Positions 51,301-60,517 of a stretch of 64,000 nt of DNA are shown in pieces. Made by a program: the position numbers and the translations under genes. The stretch comes from Caldilineae bacterium (GTDB lineage Bacteria > Chloroflexota > Anaerolineae > DTLA01). Within the stretch, counting starts at the first letter, position 1. Each line of letters opens with the position of its first letter. The stretch is from assembly GCA_037446815.1 (NCBI GenBank), contig JBBIHX010000002.1, forward strand, positions 7,641 through 71,640. The letters are read 5' to 3'. The notes below the pieces were generated by a model. It ran no database searches. It saw only the letters and a list, made by a program, of their open reading frames with translations, and was not told the DNA's origin.

Positions 51301-51936
51301 GTCATCTCGCGAACGGGATACACCGGCGAGCCTGTGGGCTATGAACTGTTCGTGCACCCCGACGAAGCCGTGCGCCTGTGGAACCTGCTGCTGGAGAAGG
51401 GCGAGCCGTTCGGGCTGAAACCCGCCGGCTTGGCGGCCCGCGACTCTACCCGCATTGAGGCCGGCCTCCCGCTGTACGGGCACGAACTCGCCGGGGATTA
51501 CGGCATCACGCCGATTGAGGCGGGGTTTGAGCCTTATGTCAAGTATCACAAGCCATTCTTCGTCGGGCGCGAGGCCATCCTACGCCACTCGGCGAGCGCG
51601 ACCCACACCATCGTGCGGTTCCGGGTCAACTCGCCCAACGCGCGCGCGCTCCGGGGCCACGAGCCTGTGGTCAACAAGCGCGGGCAATACATCGGGCGTG
51701 TTACCAGCTGCACCCTCGTGGGCGAAACGCAAATCGGCATGGCCCTCGTGGACAAACGCTACGCGCAGGAGGGCGCGGAGATCGCCGTCTTCCCGACCGC
51801 GGCAGCCAAGAGCAGCGGGCCCATCTCCCTGGCCGACCTGCAACGCGGCGACCAGGTCCTCCTCCCCGAGTGGTGCACGATCCTGGCTCGGTTCCCCAGG
51901 CTGGGCATGCCCCCTAGCGCAGAGGGCGGAGAATAG
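48331..51936 (+). CDS. glyA-gcvT: Fusion protein: serine hydroxymethyltransferase (GlyA) + degenerate GcvT/YgfZ-like folate-binding module + full aminomethyltransferase (GcvT, glycine cleavage T protein)
   Basis: The first ~440 aa carry the SHMT PLP-Lys region (FTTHKTICGPR). The final ~400 aa carry the GcvT N-terminal motif (GLFDVAHMGVLEVSG). They sit in a single 1201-aa ORF with RBS aaaggag. Confidence 0.8.
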   Translation: MQNRRDFLFQGPLALLDPDVQALIDLERERQSRRIILIPSESMAPAAVREALSSEFSHIYAEGYPPTRMTREPEDLLLDHDYQLAHYRRYADRRFYKGADYVNFVEALAQRRAAACFANDRVRADQIFVNVQPLSGAAANNAIYEAFVRPGDTVMGMNLMHGGHLTHGSQFNRSGKQYRIVSYTVDPKTERLDYDAIRELALQHRPKMIIAGYTSYPWAPDWEKFRDIADAVGAILMADIAHTAGMVIGGVYPSPVGIADVTVFTTHKTICGPRAAVILTTSEEHAARVDNAVFPGEQGGPHVNTFAALAVAFKLAQTPQFAALQRQIVVNARALAQSLQHRGLRLAYGGTDTHLLLVDLKSVKSANGEFPRGEVAARLLEICGIIVNKNTIPGDEITALASGIRLGTPWVTQRGMREQDMDQIADFIFRVVREIRPFQYLGLSGVLPRGKVPFSLIRQVRREVDEFASRFEPKTEQRSAYPHYHLPPAEKPPAWLAQAHEADTAAVSHALREGAAVIDPSHFTVLLVRGARARAFLQEASTANLATLEPGRAAHAALLDGDGRLLDDVLIIRLAPTPRGEDCYYVVANAANADTVRDWFRALSDGYVLFDNHDVLRKVQGPAVVVDATAEAQAPDAARVAVAVVGPAASALVEAAVSPSRGDSNPAEAPVAERIRLIGPVPFLRDGFLCVGDPDAVRALEERLLQAGAVPGGRSAWLAARRAAGLPTYDGDAPRPSGLALLQGGHERMFDLRKPYFVGQDSLAPSAPVERLPEFVWQPLENEELKRTPLYEEHKKRTRKLIPFAGWEMPVWYTSVSEEHAAVRKAAGLFDVAHMGVLEVSGSHASAFLDVVASNYVRWLEPGQSQYAYLLDPDGNVLDDVIIYCLTRERYMMVVNAANADKDWAWLNAVNEGRVLIDRSRPYVRVETPAVLRDLKDPRWGKDCRVDLALQGPASLAILQSLARHARQATDLAHIRRTELIETTLAGMPIVISRTGYTGEPVGYELFVHPDEAVRLWNLLLEKGEPFGLKPAGLAARDSTRIEAGLPLYGHELAGDYGITPIEAGFEPYVKYHKPFFVGREAILRHSASATHTIVRFRVNSPNARALRGHEPVVNKRGQYIGRVTSCTLVGETQIGMALVDKRYAQEGAEIAVFPTAAAKSSGPISLADLQRGDQVLLPEWCTILARFPRLGMPPSAEGGE

Positions 51937-51969
51937 CACACCCCATACAGCCGCACGCAAGCCACACAC

Positions 51970-52007
51970 AAGGCAAGGGAGAGGCCTGCGCGCCTCTCCC
52001 TTGCCTT
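51970..52007. terminator. 15-bp perfect hairpin (AAGGCAAGGGAGAGG-N8-CCTCTCCCTTGCCTT) between convergent operons; candidate bidirectional terminator
   Basis: Seen directly. It lies between the fusion gene stop (51936) and the minus-strand gene stop (52033). Confidence 0.6.
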
Positions 52008-52032
52008 GTTCAGCGCCGAATTCGCACGGGTC

Positions 52033-53172
52033 TCAGCGATCCGCAGCAATCTTCTCGGCCAGTTGACGAACCCCCCGCGCGGCCTTGTTGCGCGGGTTCA
52101 TGAGGAAGATAGGGCTCCCCTGATTCGCCGCCAGCGCCACCTCTACGCCGCCAGATTCCAGGGAGAATGGCTCTCGCCCGCCCAGCACGCGCTTCACATC
52201 CTGCTCGCGGATGCCCGTTTCCACGCCCGTGCCGTTGAGGACGGGCATCACCTTATCCGCAGGGTAGCCCAGCGTGCGCGCCAGCGTCAGGAACAGGCTC
52301 GCGTTGCGCAGCGCGCCGATGTCGGCGGTCAGAACGAGCAGGACGATCGCAGCCTTGTCCAGCACCATCAGCGTTCGATCGTCATACACCCGCTGGGTGT
52401 CCACGACGATGTAGTCAAACATGTAGGAGGCGATGTCCAGAACCCGCCCGATGAGACGGGCCGACACCTCCTCGGCGCGCTCCGGGCGTGGAGGCGACAG
52501 GAGAACGCGAATCCCAGACGGATGCTCCACCATCGCCTGGGCAAGCATCGCGGAGTCCAGTTCATCCACATACTGCACCAGGTCGTTGATGGTGTGCACA
52601 GGGGGAACGTTCAGGTGCAGGCCCACATCCCCGAACGACAGGTCAGCGTCCATGAGGGCCACCGTGCCGCGCGTAACCTCCCGCAGCGCCAGGGCCAGAT
52701 TCACGGCCAGCGTCGTCGTCCCAACGCCCCCCTTGCAGCCGAACACGGCGATGATGGTCGCGGGCTGCGCCTGCACAGTGCTCGGCACCGTGGCAGCGCC
52801 ATGCCGCGCCAGCAGCGCCTTGAGCCGCACCTCCAACTCCACCGGCTCAAAGGGCTTCACCATGTAGTCATCGGCGCCGGCCTCAAAACCGGCCACCTTG
52901 TCCGCCACATCGCCCCGCGACGTGAGAAGCAATACGGGGACAGCGCCAACCCGCGGGTCCTTGCGTATCCGGCGCACCAGTTCGTAGCCATCCATGTCCG
53001 GCATGACTACGTCGGTGATGACCACATCTATAGGTCGCGTGCCCAGGATGTTCAGTGCCTCGGGGCCGCTGCTGGCTTCTACAACTTGCAGCCCCGACCG
53101 CGCCAGCGTCGCCTTCACAAACGCTCGCGCCGTCGCGCTATCGTCTACGATAAGGGCCGTCGGGGCGCCCAT
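52033..53172 (-). CDS. Response-regulator receiver domain fused to a ParA/MinD-like (CpaE-type) P-loop ATPase
   Basis: Receiver: LIVDDS...VITDVVMPDMDG...K. ATPase: deviant Walker A GCKGGVGTTT. Confidence 0.8.
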   Translation of the reverse strand: MGAPTALIVDDSATARAFVKATLARSGLQVVEASSGPEALNILGTRPIDVVITDVVMPDMDGYELVRRIRKDPRVGAVPVLLLTSRGDVADKVAGFEAGADDYMVKPFEPVELEVRLKALLARHGAATVPSTVQAQPATIIAVFGCKGGVGTTTLAVNLALALREVTRGTVALMDADLSFGDVGLHLNVPPVHTINDLVQYVDELDSAMLAQAMVEHPSGIRVLLSPPRPERAEEVSARLIGRVLDIASYMFDYIVVDTQRVYDDRTLMVLDKAAIVLLVLTADIGALRNASLFLTLARTLGYPADKVMPVLNGTGVETGIREQDVKRVLGGREPFSLESGGVEVALAANQGSPIFLMNPRNKAARGVRQLAEKIAADR

Positions 53173-53201
53173 CGGTATCCCCTTCCCCTCAAAGGTCTCT
53201 C

Positions 53202-54659
53202 CTAAGGTTGCCAGCGCAGTTTGGGTTCGCGTGCCGCCCGCACGTCATCCAGTCGGCGGAGCGGCGTGGTATGGGGCGCGTTGTGCAGCAACTCCGGCTG
53301 GGTGCGCGCCTCCTCCGCGATTTGCAGCATGGCGTCGGCGAAGGCGTCCAGGGTCTCAAGGGATTCCGTCTCCGTCGGCTCTATCATCAAGGCCTCCGGC
53401 ACGATCAACGGGAAATAGATGGTCGGCGGATGGAAGCCGAAATCCATCAGGCGCTTGGCGATGTCAATCGTGCGCACACCCTCTGCCCCGGGAATCTTCC
53501 CCGACAGGACAAACTCGTGCATGCACGTTCGCTTGTAGGGCAGCGGATACGTGTCCTGGAGGCGCACGCGCAGGTAATTCGCGTTGAGCACCGCATGCTC
53601 TGCCACCTGTCGCAACCCCTCAATGCCCAGGTGGAGGATGTAGGCGCAGGCGCGTACCAGCACCCCGAAGTTCCCGTAAAACGCCTTGACGCGGCCGATG
53701 CTCTTCGGCGGCATGAAGGGGTAGAAATAGAGCCCCTCGTCCAAAGACTCCTCGTCCGGAATCTCCACACGCACAATAGGGCCTGGCAGATAGTCCGCCA
53801 GCGCCTTCGTAACGCCCACCGGCCCCGCCCCCGGACCACCGCCGCCATGGGGCGTGGAGAACGTCTTGTGCAGGTTGAAGTGCATGATGTCAAACCCGAG
53901 GTCGGCGGGTCGCACGACTCCCACAATGGCGTTGAGGTTCGCACCATCGCCGTACAGAAGCCCGCCGCACCCATGCACAATCTTCGCGATCTCCAGGATG
54001 TTCTCATCAAAGAGGCCCAACGTGTTGGGATTGGTCAGCATCATCCCGGCCACGTGCTCGTCGCAATGCGCCTTGAGATCCTCCAAGTCCACGTTGCCGC
54101 GCGCATCGGACCGAATCTCCACCACCTCAAAGCCGCACATGGCAGTGGAGGCAGGATTGGTGCCGTGGGCTGAATCGGGCACCAGAACCTTCGTGCGCCC
54201 CAGGTCGCCCCTATCCCGATGGTAGGCCCGAACCATGAGCATGCCAGTAAATTCGCCGTGTGCCCCCGCAGCAGGCTGCAAGGAGATGGCTGCAAACCCG
54301 CTAATCTCCTGCAACAACCCTTGCAGCACGTACATCACGTAGAGGCAGCCCTGGACCATATGGGCGGGCTGGTAGGGGTGAACCGCAGCAAACCCCTCCA
54401 GGCGCGAGATCACCTCGTTGATTTTTGGATTGTACTTCATCGTGCAGGACCCCAGCGGGTAGAAGCCGGTATCCACCGCGTGGTTCAGGTGCGACAGGCG
54501 CACATAGTGGCGCACCAGGTCCGGTTCGCTCACCTCGGGCAATGGCAGATCGTTGCGGAGAAAGGCCTGGGGTAGTCTCGCCTCGGGCACGTCCAACTCC
54601 GGCAACGACGCAGCGCATCGTCCCGGCCTGCTGATTTCAAAGATGAGAGGCTCTGTCAT
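53202..54659 (-). CDS. gcvPB: Glycine dehydrogenase (decarboxylating) subunit 2
   Basis: GcvPB family conservation including the PLP-Lys region. An ATG at 54659 overlaps the gcvPA stop (ATGA). Confidence 0.9.
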   Translation of the reverse strand: MTEPLIFEISRPGRCAASLPELDVPEARLPQAFLRNDLPLPEVSEPDLVRHYVRLSHLNHAVDTGFYPLGSCTMKYNPKINEVISRLEGFAAVHPYQPAHMVQGCLYVMYVLQGLLQEISGFAAISLQPAAGAHGEFTGMLMVRAYHRDRGDLGRTKVLVPDSAHGTNPASTAMCGFEVVEIRSDARGNVDLEDLKAHCDEHVAGMMLTNPNTLGLFDENILEIAKIVHGCGGLLYGDGANLNAIVGVVRPADLGFDIMHFNLHKTFSTPHGGGGPGAGPVGVTKALADYLPGPIVRVEIPDEESLDEGLYFYPFMPPKSIGRVKAFYGNFGVLVRACAYILHLGIEGLRQVAEHAVLNANYLRVRLQDTYPLPYKRTCMHEFVLSGKIPGAEGVRTIDIAKRLMDFGFHPPTIYFPLIVPEALMIEPTETESLETLDAFADAMLQIAEEARTQPELLHNAPHTTPLRRLDDVRAAREPKLRWQP

Positions 54660-55993
54660 CAACTCACCTCCTTGAGCGCCCGAACCAGCGTATCAATCTC
54701 CAGGCGCGAGTTCCGCTCCGTAACGCACACCAGCATGTGATTCGCCATCTCCGGATAGTCGCGGCCCAGGTCATACCCGCCGATGATATCCCGTTCCAGC
54801 AATGCCTCGTTCATCTCGGCGACCGGCTTAGGACATCTGACCACGAACTCCCTGAAGAAGGGCTTTGTCGTTACGACCTCGTAGTGGCGGAGTTTGGAGA
54901 TTTCCCTGGCCAGGTAGTGCGCTTTGTGATAGCAGATTTCGGCGAGTTGGCGAAGCCCGCATTTGCCCAACGCGGCCAGATACACCGCCGCCGCCAGTGC
55001 ATTCAGCGCCTCGTTGCTGCAGATGTTGGACGTGGCGCGCTCGCGGCGAATGTGCTGCTCCCGGGCCGAGAGGGTCAGCACAAACCCGCGCTTCCCCTCC
55101 GCATCCACCGTCTCGCCGACAAGTCGCCCGGCCATCTTGTGCACGTACTGCTCTCGCGTGGCGAAGAAGCCGAGGTAGGGACCACCGAAACTTAGCGGAT
55201 TGCCCAGCGGCTGGCCCTCGCCTACGACGATGTCGGCCCCGTAATCGCCCGGCGCCTTGAACAGCCCTAAGGCGATGGGATCGGCCACGACCACCCACAA
55301 CGCGCCTTTGTCGTGCACGTGCTCGGCTATCCCCCGGAAGTCCTCCAACTCACCCAGGAAGTTGGGGAACTGGGTAACAAAGCAGGCGGTCTCCTCGTCA
55401 ACCAGGCTTAGGAGCGATTGCGCATCCTGTCGCGTGTCGTCGCCCACGATCTCCAGGTCAAGCCCCTGCACATAGGTGCGCGTCGTCGCCCGATACTCCG
55501 GGTGCACGAACGGGGACATCACCACCTTGTTGCGCTTCTTCCGCAGCACGTTGTACGCCATCACAACGGCCTCGGCCACGGCGGTCGCCCCATCGTAGTG
55601 CGAAGCGTTGGCGACCTCCATGCCGGTCAGCGCGCAGATCATGCTCTGGTACTCAAAGATCGCCTGCAGCGTGCCCTGGCTAATCTCCGGCTGGTACGGC
55701 GTGTAGGCGGTATAGAACTCGGAGCGACTGACGATGTGGTCCACAACGCTAGGAATGAAGTGCCTATAGGCGCCCGCGCCCAGGAAGCACATATAATCGT
55801 TGACATTCGCATTGTTATCGCTGGCAAATCGGAAATGCTCCAGCAATGTCTGTTCGTCAAGCGGAGGGGGAAACTTAAACTTAGGGTAAAGCACCTTGGC
55901 CGGCACATCGGCGAAGAGGTTCTTGATGTGCTTCACCCCGATGGCGTCCAGCATGGCGGCGCGGTCGGCGTCGCTGTGGGGAATGTACGGCAT
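54659..55993 (-). CDS. gcvPA: Glycine dehydrogenase (decarboxylating) subunit 1
   Basis: GcvPA family conservation (MPYIPHSD...). Confidence 0.9.
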   Translation of the reverse strand: MPYIPHSDADRAAMLDAIGVKHIKNLFADVPAKVLYPKFKFPPPLDEQTLLEHFRFASDNNANVNDYMCFLGAGAYRHFIPSVVDHIVSRSEFYTAYTPYQPEISQGTLQAIFEYQSMICALTGMEVANASHYDGATAVAEAVVMAYNVLRKKRNKVVMSPFVHPEYRATTRTYVQGLDLEIVGDDTRQDAQSLLSLVDEETACFVTQFPNFLGELEDFRGIAEHVHDKGALWVVVADPIALGLFKAPGDYGADIVVGEGQPLGNPLSFGGPYLGFFATREQYVHKMAGRLVGETVDAEGKRGFVLTLSAREQHIRRERATSNICSNEALNALAAAVYLAALGKCGLRQLAEICYHKAHYLAREISKLRHYEVVTTKPFFREFVVRCPKPVAEMNEALLERDIIGGYDLGRDYPEMANHMLVCVTERNSRLEIDTLVRALKEVS

Positions 55994-56394
55994 TAGTGCC
56001 CTCCCTTCTTGGCCTCCTCGGCGAGGAACTTCGCATAAGCGTCGGCGTCCAGCAGGGACTTGGCCTCATCCGGATCGCTCACCTTGATGCGCACGAACCA
56101 GCCCTTGCCGTAGGGGTCCTCGTTCACCAGTTGTGGCGAGTCCTCCAACTCCTTGTTGACCGCGATGATCTCGCCGCTCAGGGGGAGATACACGTCCGAC
56201 GCGGCCTTCACCGACTCCACCGTGCCGAACACATCGCCCTGGGCGAAGGTGTCGCCGACCTCGGGAAGTTCCACATAGACCACGTCGTTCAGTTCCTCCT
56301 GGGCGAAATCCGAGATGCCCACCACGGCCTCGTCGCCCTCTAGCCGCACCCACTCGTGGCTCTCCATGTACAACAGTCCTTGCTCTACTTTCAT
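55993..56394 (-). CDS. gcvH: Glycine cleavage system H protein
   Basis: Lipoyl-lysine motif ESVKAASD; 133 aa. Confidence 0.9.
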   Translation of the reverse strand: MKVEQGLLYMESHEWVRLEGDEAVVGISDFAQEELNDVVYVELPEVGDTFAQGDVFGTVESVKAASDVYLPLSGEIIAVNKELEDSPQLVNEDPYGKGWFVRIKVSDPDEAKSLLDADAYAKFLAEEAKKGGH

Positions 56395-56431
56395 CTTTGC
56401 GCCTCCTTGTGAACGATATGTTCGTATGGGT

Positions 56432-57463
56432 CTAGAAAAACACCTGCGCCAGGCGATACAAGTCCAGGTCTACCTGGCGGATACCCGCCTTCAGAACGCT
56501 CAAGGGCACCGGCTCAATCTTGTTCCCGTGCAAGGCGGTCATCTGCCCGAAGCGCCCCTCACGGATCAAATCCACGGCGCCAACGCCCATACGCGTGGCC
56601 ATCACGCGGTCAAAGACGGTGGGCGTGCCGCCGCGCTGCAAGTGCCCCACCACCACGAACCGCGCCTCAAACTGGGCGCACGTCTCAATGCCCTGGGCCA
56701 CCGCCTCGCCGATGCCCCGCATGTCCATGCGCGGCCGGCCAAACGAATCGGGCGGGCCGGGCTCCAACGTGTTCGGCAAGTCCGACAGGCGCGCCCCCTC
56801 CGCCACCACGATGATGCTGTGATGTTTGCCCGCTTCCGCTCGGCGGCGCAGGTGCTCGCAGATCTCGGCAACGCTGGTGGGGACCTCAGGGATGACGATG
56901 AAATCCGCCCCGCCTGCCAGGCCACCCACCGTGGCCAGCCAGCCCGCCTCGCGGCCCATCACCTCCACCACAATGGCCCGACTGTGCGCGCTAGCGGTCG
57001 TGTGCAACTTATCCAGGGCCTCGGCAATCGTCGCCACAGCCGAGTCAAACCCAATGCACTGGTCGGTGCCTGGCACGTTGTTGTCAATCGTCTTGGGGAT
57101 TCCAACCAGCGGCGCATCATGCTCTTCGTACAGTTTCTGCGCGATGCCTAGCGTGTCAATCCCGCCGATAACGACGACGGCGTCCAGGCCATGCGCTTTG
57201 ATGGTGTTCAGCACCTTTTGGACCCCGTCGGGCACGGCAAATACATTCGTCCTCGTCGCGCCGAGAATCGTGCCGCCCGTGTGCATAATGCCCGAAACCG
57301 AATAGCGGGTGAACTCGGTTACTTGATCTTCCAGCAAACCGAGCCAGCCGTTCTGGATGCCGCACACCTGATACCCGTACTGGAACGCGCGTCGGGCCAC
57401 CGCACGGATGGCCGCATTGAGGCCGGGAGCGTCTCCTCCCCCCGTAAGCACTCCGATACGCAC
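56432..57463 (-). CDS. pfk: 6-phosphofructokinase (ATP- or PPi-dependent not resolved)
   Basis: GGDAPGLNA and MGR motifs. The start is placed at the internal GTG (VRIGVLTGGG, ORF codon 41) preceded by a ggagg RBS. The tool ORF extends to 57583 into repeat A5. Confidence 0.8.
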   Translation of the reverse strand: MRIGVLTGGGDAPGLNAAIRAVARRAFQYGYQVCGIQNGWLGLLEDQVTEFTRYSVSGIMHTGGTILGATRTNVFAVPDGVQKVLNTIKAHGLDAVVVIGGIDTLGIAQKLYEEHDAPLVGIPKTIDNNVPGTDQCIGFDSAVATIAEALDKLHTTASAHSRAIVVEVMGREAGWLATVGGLAGGADFIVIPEVPTSVAEICEHLRRRAEAGKHHSIIVVAEGARLSDLPNTLEPGPPDSFGRPRMDMRGIGEAVAQGIETCAQFEARFVVVGHLQRGGTPTVFDRVMATRMGVGAVDLIREGRFGQMTALHGNKIEPVPLSVLKAGIRQVDLDLYRLAQVFF

Positions 57464-57547
57464 CTCACACCTCCGTTGACGCAAATTGCCTTCACGAAGC
57501 AGTATAGCACAAACTGCGGCGCAGGGAAAGACCCTTTCGGGCAGGAG

Positions 57548-57694
57548 TCGGTTTGATCTTGTGTTGGTGAACCGTAGACGCACTCTCCTCGTGTGTCATT
57601 GCGAGCGAAGCGAAGCAATCCCACGCCCCGGAGATTGCTTCGGGCACTGCGTGCCCTCGCAATGACGGGTACCAACAGACTTTGGAACCGACTC
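57548..57694 (-). repeat. Family-A palindromic element, copy A5 (inverted)
   Basis: tcggtttgatcttgtgttggtgaa...gtcattgcgagcgaagcgaagcaatc...gattgcttcgggcactgcgtgccctcgcaatgac...ccaacagactttggaaccgactc. It lies between pfk and the DUF362 gene. Confidence 0.85.
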
Positions 57695-57719
57695 TCGGGC
57701 AGGCCACGCGATGCCCTCG

Positions 57720-58976
57720 CTACTCGCTCCCCAGGCTCATCAGCCGCCCCAGCAGCGAACGCCGCAGTTCCACCGCGTTCTCGGGACAGACCTCGTGGCA
57801 GCAGTAGCAGCGGATGCACTTGTTCCAATCCATGCGGGCGCGGCCGTTGACCAGCGTAATCGCCTGCACGGGGCAACTCCGCACGCACACGCCGCACCCG
57901 ACGCACCGCTCCGTCGCCTGCGGGTTCGCCACAATCTGCCGCGTTACCCAACCGCGGATGGATTTCGGCGCCGTACCCACGTCCAGCGCGGCGTAGTCCT
58001 CGGCCTCGCACGCGGGCTTGCCGTCCACGGTTCGCGCGGCCACCAGCCTCCGCCCCAAGCGCCGGATTGCCCGCGGGAAGATGCCCGTGTCCATCGTCGT
58101 CGCTGTGCCAAATCGGAAGCCCGACAGCCTGGCTTCCGCCAGAGGCAGCCCCAGGATGGGCACGTCTTCCACGGTGCAGGATGTAAGCCCGCGCGCTGCC
58201 GCCACCTTTAGGGGCGGGATGCTGAAAGGATCCATCCCGACCAGCGTTGCGCACACCACGTCCATCGCAAACGGATCGGCCGACGCAAGAAGCAGATTCG
58301 CCACATACGGATCCCCGCCCGACGGGCCGTTGCCATGCATGCCCACGATGGCATCCATGACCGTGAGCACGGGCTTCACGTAGGTGATGATGTCCACCAG
58401 CGCCTCGGAGAAGCGCATGGCATCCTGCAACTTGGCGTGGTAACCGAACTTGGTTACCCCAGGCACGACGCCGAACAGGATTTTCGTCGCGCCGGTAATG
58501 CGGGTCAGGTTGTGGGTCTTGAACTTTGGGAGCGCGATGACCGCGTCGGCCTCGGCCACCGCCTTCAGGATGTCCAGCCGCTTGATGAGGTGTCCCTCGG
58601 GGTGCGAAACCTGCAACGTGGACACGTCGTAGTTCAGTTCCATCCCCACTTCTTCGGCAACCTTATCGTAGCCCCCGCGGGTGTAGGCCAGCCGCAAGGC
58701 CGCCTTGTTGAACGGCCCCGCGGGACTCTCGGCGAGCACAGGCGTGGCCCCCGCCTCCCGCACCAGAATCGCAACCGCGCGCACCACAGCGGGATGGGTG
58801 ATGATCGCGGAATCGGGCGAGGCGGCGCGCAAGATGTTCGGCTTCAGCACAACCCGCCACCCGGGCTTGACAAACGAACTCATGCCGCCGAGCATGTCCA
58901 CCGCCGATCGCACGGCGCGCTCAACAGCCTCGGCATCGTAGGTGGTGCAACGTAGCATGGCAACCGTACCGGGCAT
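57720..58976 (-). CDS. DUF362 domain protein with C-terminal 2x[4Fe-4S] ferredoxin domain
   Basis: C-terminal CVGCGVCVRSCP...CIRCYCCHEVCP. The start is at MPGTVAM (ORF codon 172) with RBS ggaggtc. The tool ORF extends to 59489. Confidence 0.7.
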   Translation of the reverse strand: MPGTVAMLRCTTYDAEAVERAVRSAVDMLGGMSSFVKPGWRVVLKPNILRAASPDSAIITHPAVVRAVAILVREAGATPVLAESPAGPFNKAALRLAYTRGGYDKVAEEVGMELNYDVSTLQVSHPEGHLIKRLDILKAVAEADAVIALPKFKTHNLTRITGATKILFGVVPGVTKFGYHAKLQDAMRFSEALVDIITYVKPVLTVMDAIVGMHGNGPSGGDPYVANLLLASADPFAMDVVCATLVGMDPFSIPPLKVAAARGLTSCTVEDVPILGLPLAEARLSGFRFGTATTMDTGIFPRAIRRLGRRLVAARTVDGKPACEAEDYAALDVGTAPKSIRGWVTRQIVANPQATERCVGCGVCVRSCPVQAITLVNGRARMDWNKCIRCYCCHEVCPENAVELRRSLLGRLMSLGSE

Positions 58977-59062
58977 GTCCACAAGACCTCCGATCGGAAT
59001 GGGAAAGGCAACAACGCGTTGGTGTGGAGTATAGCACGTCCCTGGGCCTAGACCAAAAGCGG

Positions 59063-59935
59063 CTACTTGGACTCTGCGTTCCCGAGAATGCGCTCCTCCA
59101 GCCGCGGCGCGCCGAAACGAATCGCCACGACGCCCTCCAGCGAGCGCAGGGGCGTCTCGGCCGTGATCGTCGTGGAGCCGCGTGCGACGTAGGTAACGCG
59201 CCCCACCCCGCGGCACAATCCCTCCGCATCCACGAACCCGCAGATGCGTTGCGCCGTCGGCAGAAGCCAGTTCACGGCCGCGATAGACTGCAGCGGGAAC
59301 GTTAGGGGGATGGCCTGCTTGAAGTAGGCCTCCCAGCGCTCCCGCCGCCACGCCACGCGCTCGGCCCGGCTGCGGATGCGCGCATGGGGCGAGACGCGCA
59401 GCGTAGTAATTCGCACCAGCGGGTGATTGCGCCAGGACGCGAGGATGGGGTTCAACTCCGCGCCCCGCACCAGCGCGATCACATAGCACGGCATCAGCAG
59501 GTCAATCTTGGCCTGTTTCAGCGCCAAGCCGCCCTGCCCGGGGTCCACAAGGCCGGTGGAATCCACGATGACCGTTTCCGCGCCCAGGGACAGCGCCTTC
59601 TCGTACAGCGTGTGCACGCCCACGAGGATGCGCAGCATGTGGCCGCGGGGGGAAATTGCGCCCACAAAGTACGTGTAGTCCGTGCACTGCGCGCCCGTGA
59701 TGACGCGCAGCGTCATGGTGGCAGGCAGCCCGAGCGCGCCCTGGCCCACATCGCAGTCCATGAGCGCGATGGCCCGGGCGCGCGGGGCCCATTGCTGCAG
59801 CAGATAGTGCGCCAGCGAGGTCTTCCCGCTGTCGGTGCCGCCGACGAGGAGCACCGCGCCTCGCATATCCTGTGCGGCCAGCGATTCCCACTCCGGCGGC
59901 ACAATGAGATTGGAAGCGACGTTTGCCTGTACCAT
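59063..59935 (-). CDS. Clp1/Grc3-like P-loop NTPase (putative polynucleotide kinase)
   Basis: Walker A VGGTDSGKTS; Walker B-like VIVDSTG. 290 aa. Confidence 0.55.
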   Translation of the reverse strand: MVQANVASNLIVPPEWESLAAQDMRGAVLLVGGTDSGKTSLAHYLLQQWAPRARAIALMDCDVGQGALGLPATMTLRVITGAQCTDYTYFVGAISPRGHMLRILVGVHTLYEKALSLGAETVIVDSTGLVDPGQGGLALKQAKIDLLMPCYVIALVRGAELNPILASWRNHPLVRITTLRVSPHARIRSRAERVAWRRERWEAYFKQAIPLTFPLQSIAAVNWLLPTAQRICGFVDAEGLCRGVGRVTYVARGSTTITAETPLRSLEGVVAIRFGAPRLEERILGNAESK

Positions 59936-60026
59936 TCTCGCCCCTCACAAGCCCAACGCAGCCGAATTATACCAGCCACAGGCGCGGCTGACAAGACTGC
60001 GCCAGGCCAGACCCTCGGCGAAAGCC

Positions 60027-60060
60027 AGTAGTTGACAAAATCAGTCAACTACTCTAGAAT
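60027..60060 (+). promoter_or_regulatory. Promoter (-35 TTGACA 60032-37, 17-nt spacer, -10 TAGAAT 60055-60) overlapped by a 10-7-10 palindrome AGTAGTTGAC-aaaatca-GTCAACTACT; putative Rrf2 operator
   Basis: Seen in the sequence immediately upstream of the Rrf2 gene start (60077). Confidence 0.6.
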
Positions 60061-60076
60061 GGCGACGGAGGGGCAT

Positions 60077-60517
60077 ATGCGAATCACGACAAAAGGCCGC
60101 TACGCCGTAAGGGTTCTGGTGGACATCGCCCAGAGCAGCGGGGCCCCCGTGAGCCGCCGCGATCTGTCCCTGCGCCAGCGAATCCCGCCCGACTACCTGG
60201 CGCAGATTCTGCAGCCCCTGCGCGCCGCGGGGTTCGTGGTCAGCGTGAAGGGGCCAGGCGGCGGATATGCCCTTGCGCGCGACGCGACGCAGATTCGCAT
60301 CGGCGATGTGCTGCGGGCGACCGAGGGCCCCGTCGCCCTATCCGACTGCACCACCGACGCCCCAACCGTAACATGCCAGTTCATGGAAACGTGCAGAAGC
60401 CGCCTGTTCTGGGAGGGCCTATCGCGGGCCATCGCGGATTACGCCGACGGCTGGACGATTGCCGACCTCTGCCAAAGTCCACCCATCAGAGCCACCTCGC
60501 AGGAGCATGAGCCATGA
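60077..60517 (+). CDS. Rrf2 family transcriptional regulator (CymR/IscR-like)
   Basis: Typical start [12 protein letters not shown], wHTH. RBS ggagggg. The tool ORF starts at TTG 60032, inside the promoter. Confidence 0.8.
   Translation: MRITTKGRYAVRVLVDIAQSSGAPVSRRDLSLRQRIPPDYLAQILQPLRAAGFVVSVKGPGGGYALARDATQIRIGDVLRATEGPVALSDCTTDAPTVTCQFMETCRSRLFWEGLSRAIADYADGWTIADLCQSPPIRATSQEHEP

Noticed and set aside
53208-54173. Plus-strand ORFs antisense to gcvPB/gcvPA (53208..54173, 54737..55195, 55418..55996)
   Set aside because: These are antisense frames of strongly recognisable minus-strand genes and have Arg/His-rich composition.
57464-57583. N-terminal 40-codon extension of pfk starting at GTG 57583
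   Set aside because: The extension lies inside repeat copy A5. An internal GTG with a ggagg RBS gives the canonical PFK N-terminus (VRIGVLTGGGDAPG).
56432-57583. Apparent 2-nt frame inconsistency when hand-translating around 57540
   Set aside because: This was a reading error on my side. Cross-checking against three independent tool ORFs (56432..57583, 57492..57707, 57593..57850) shows the sequence is self-consistent. No frameshift is proposed.
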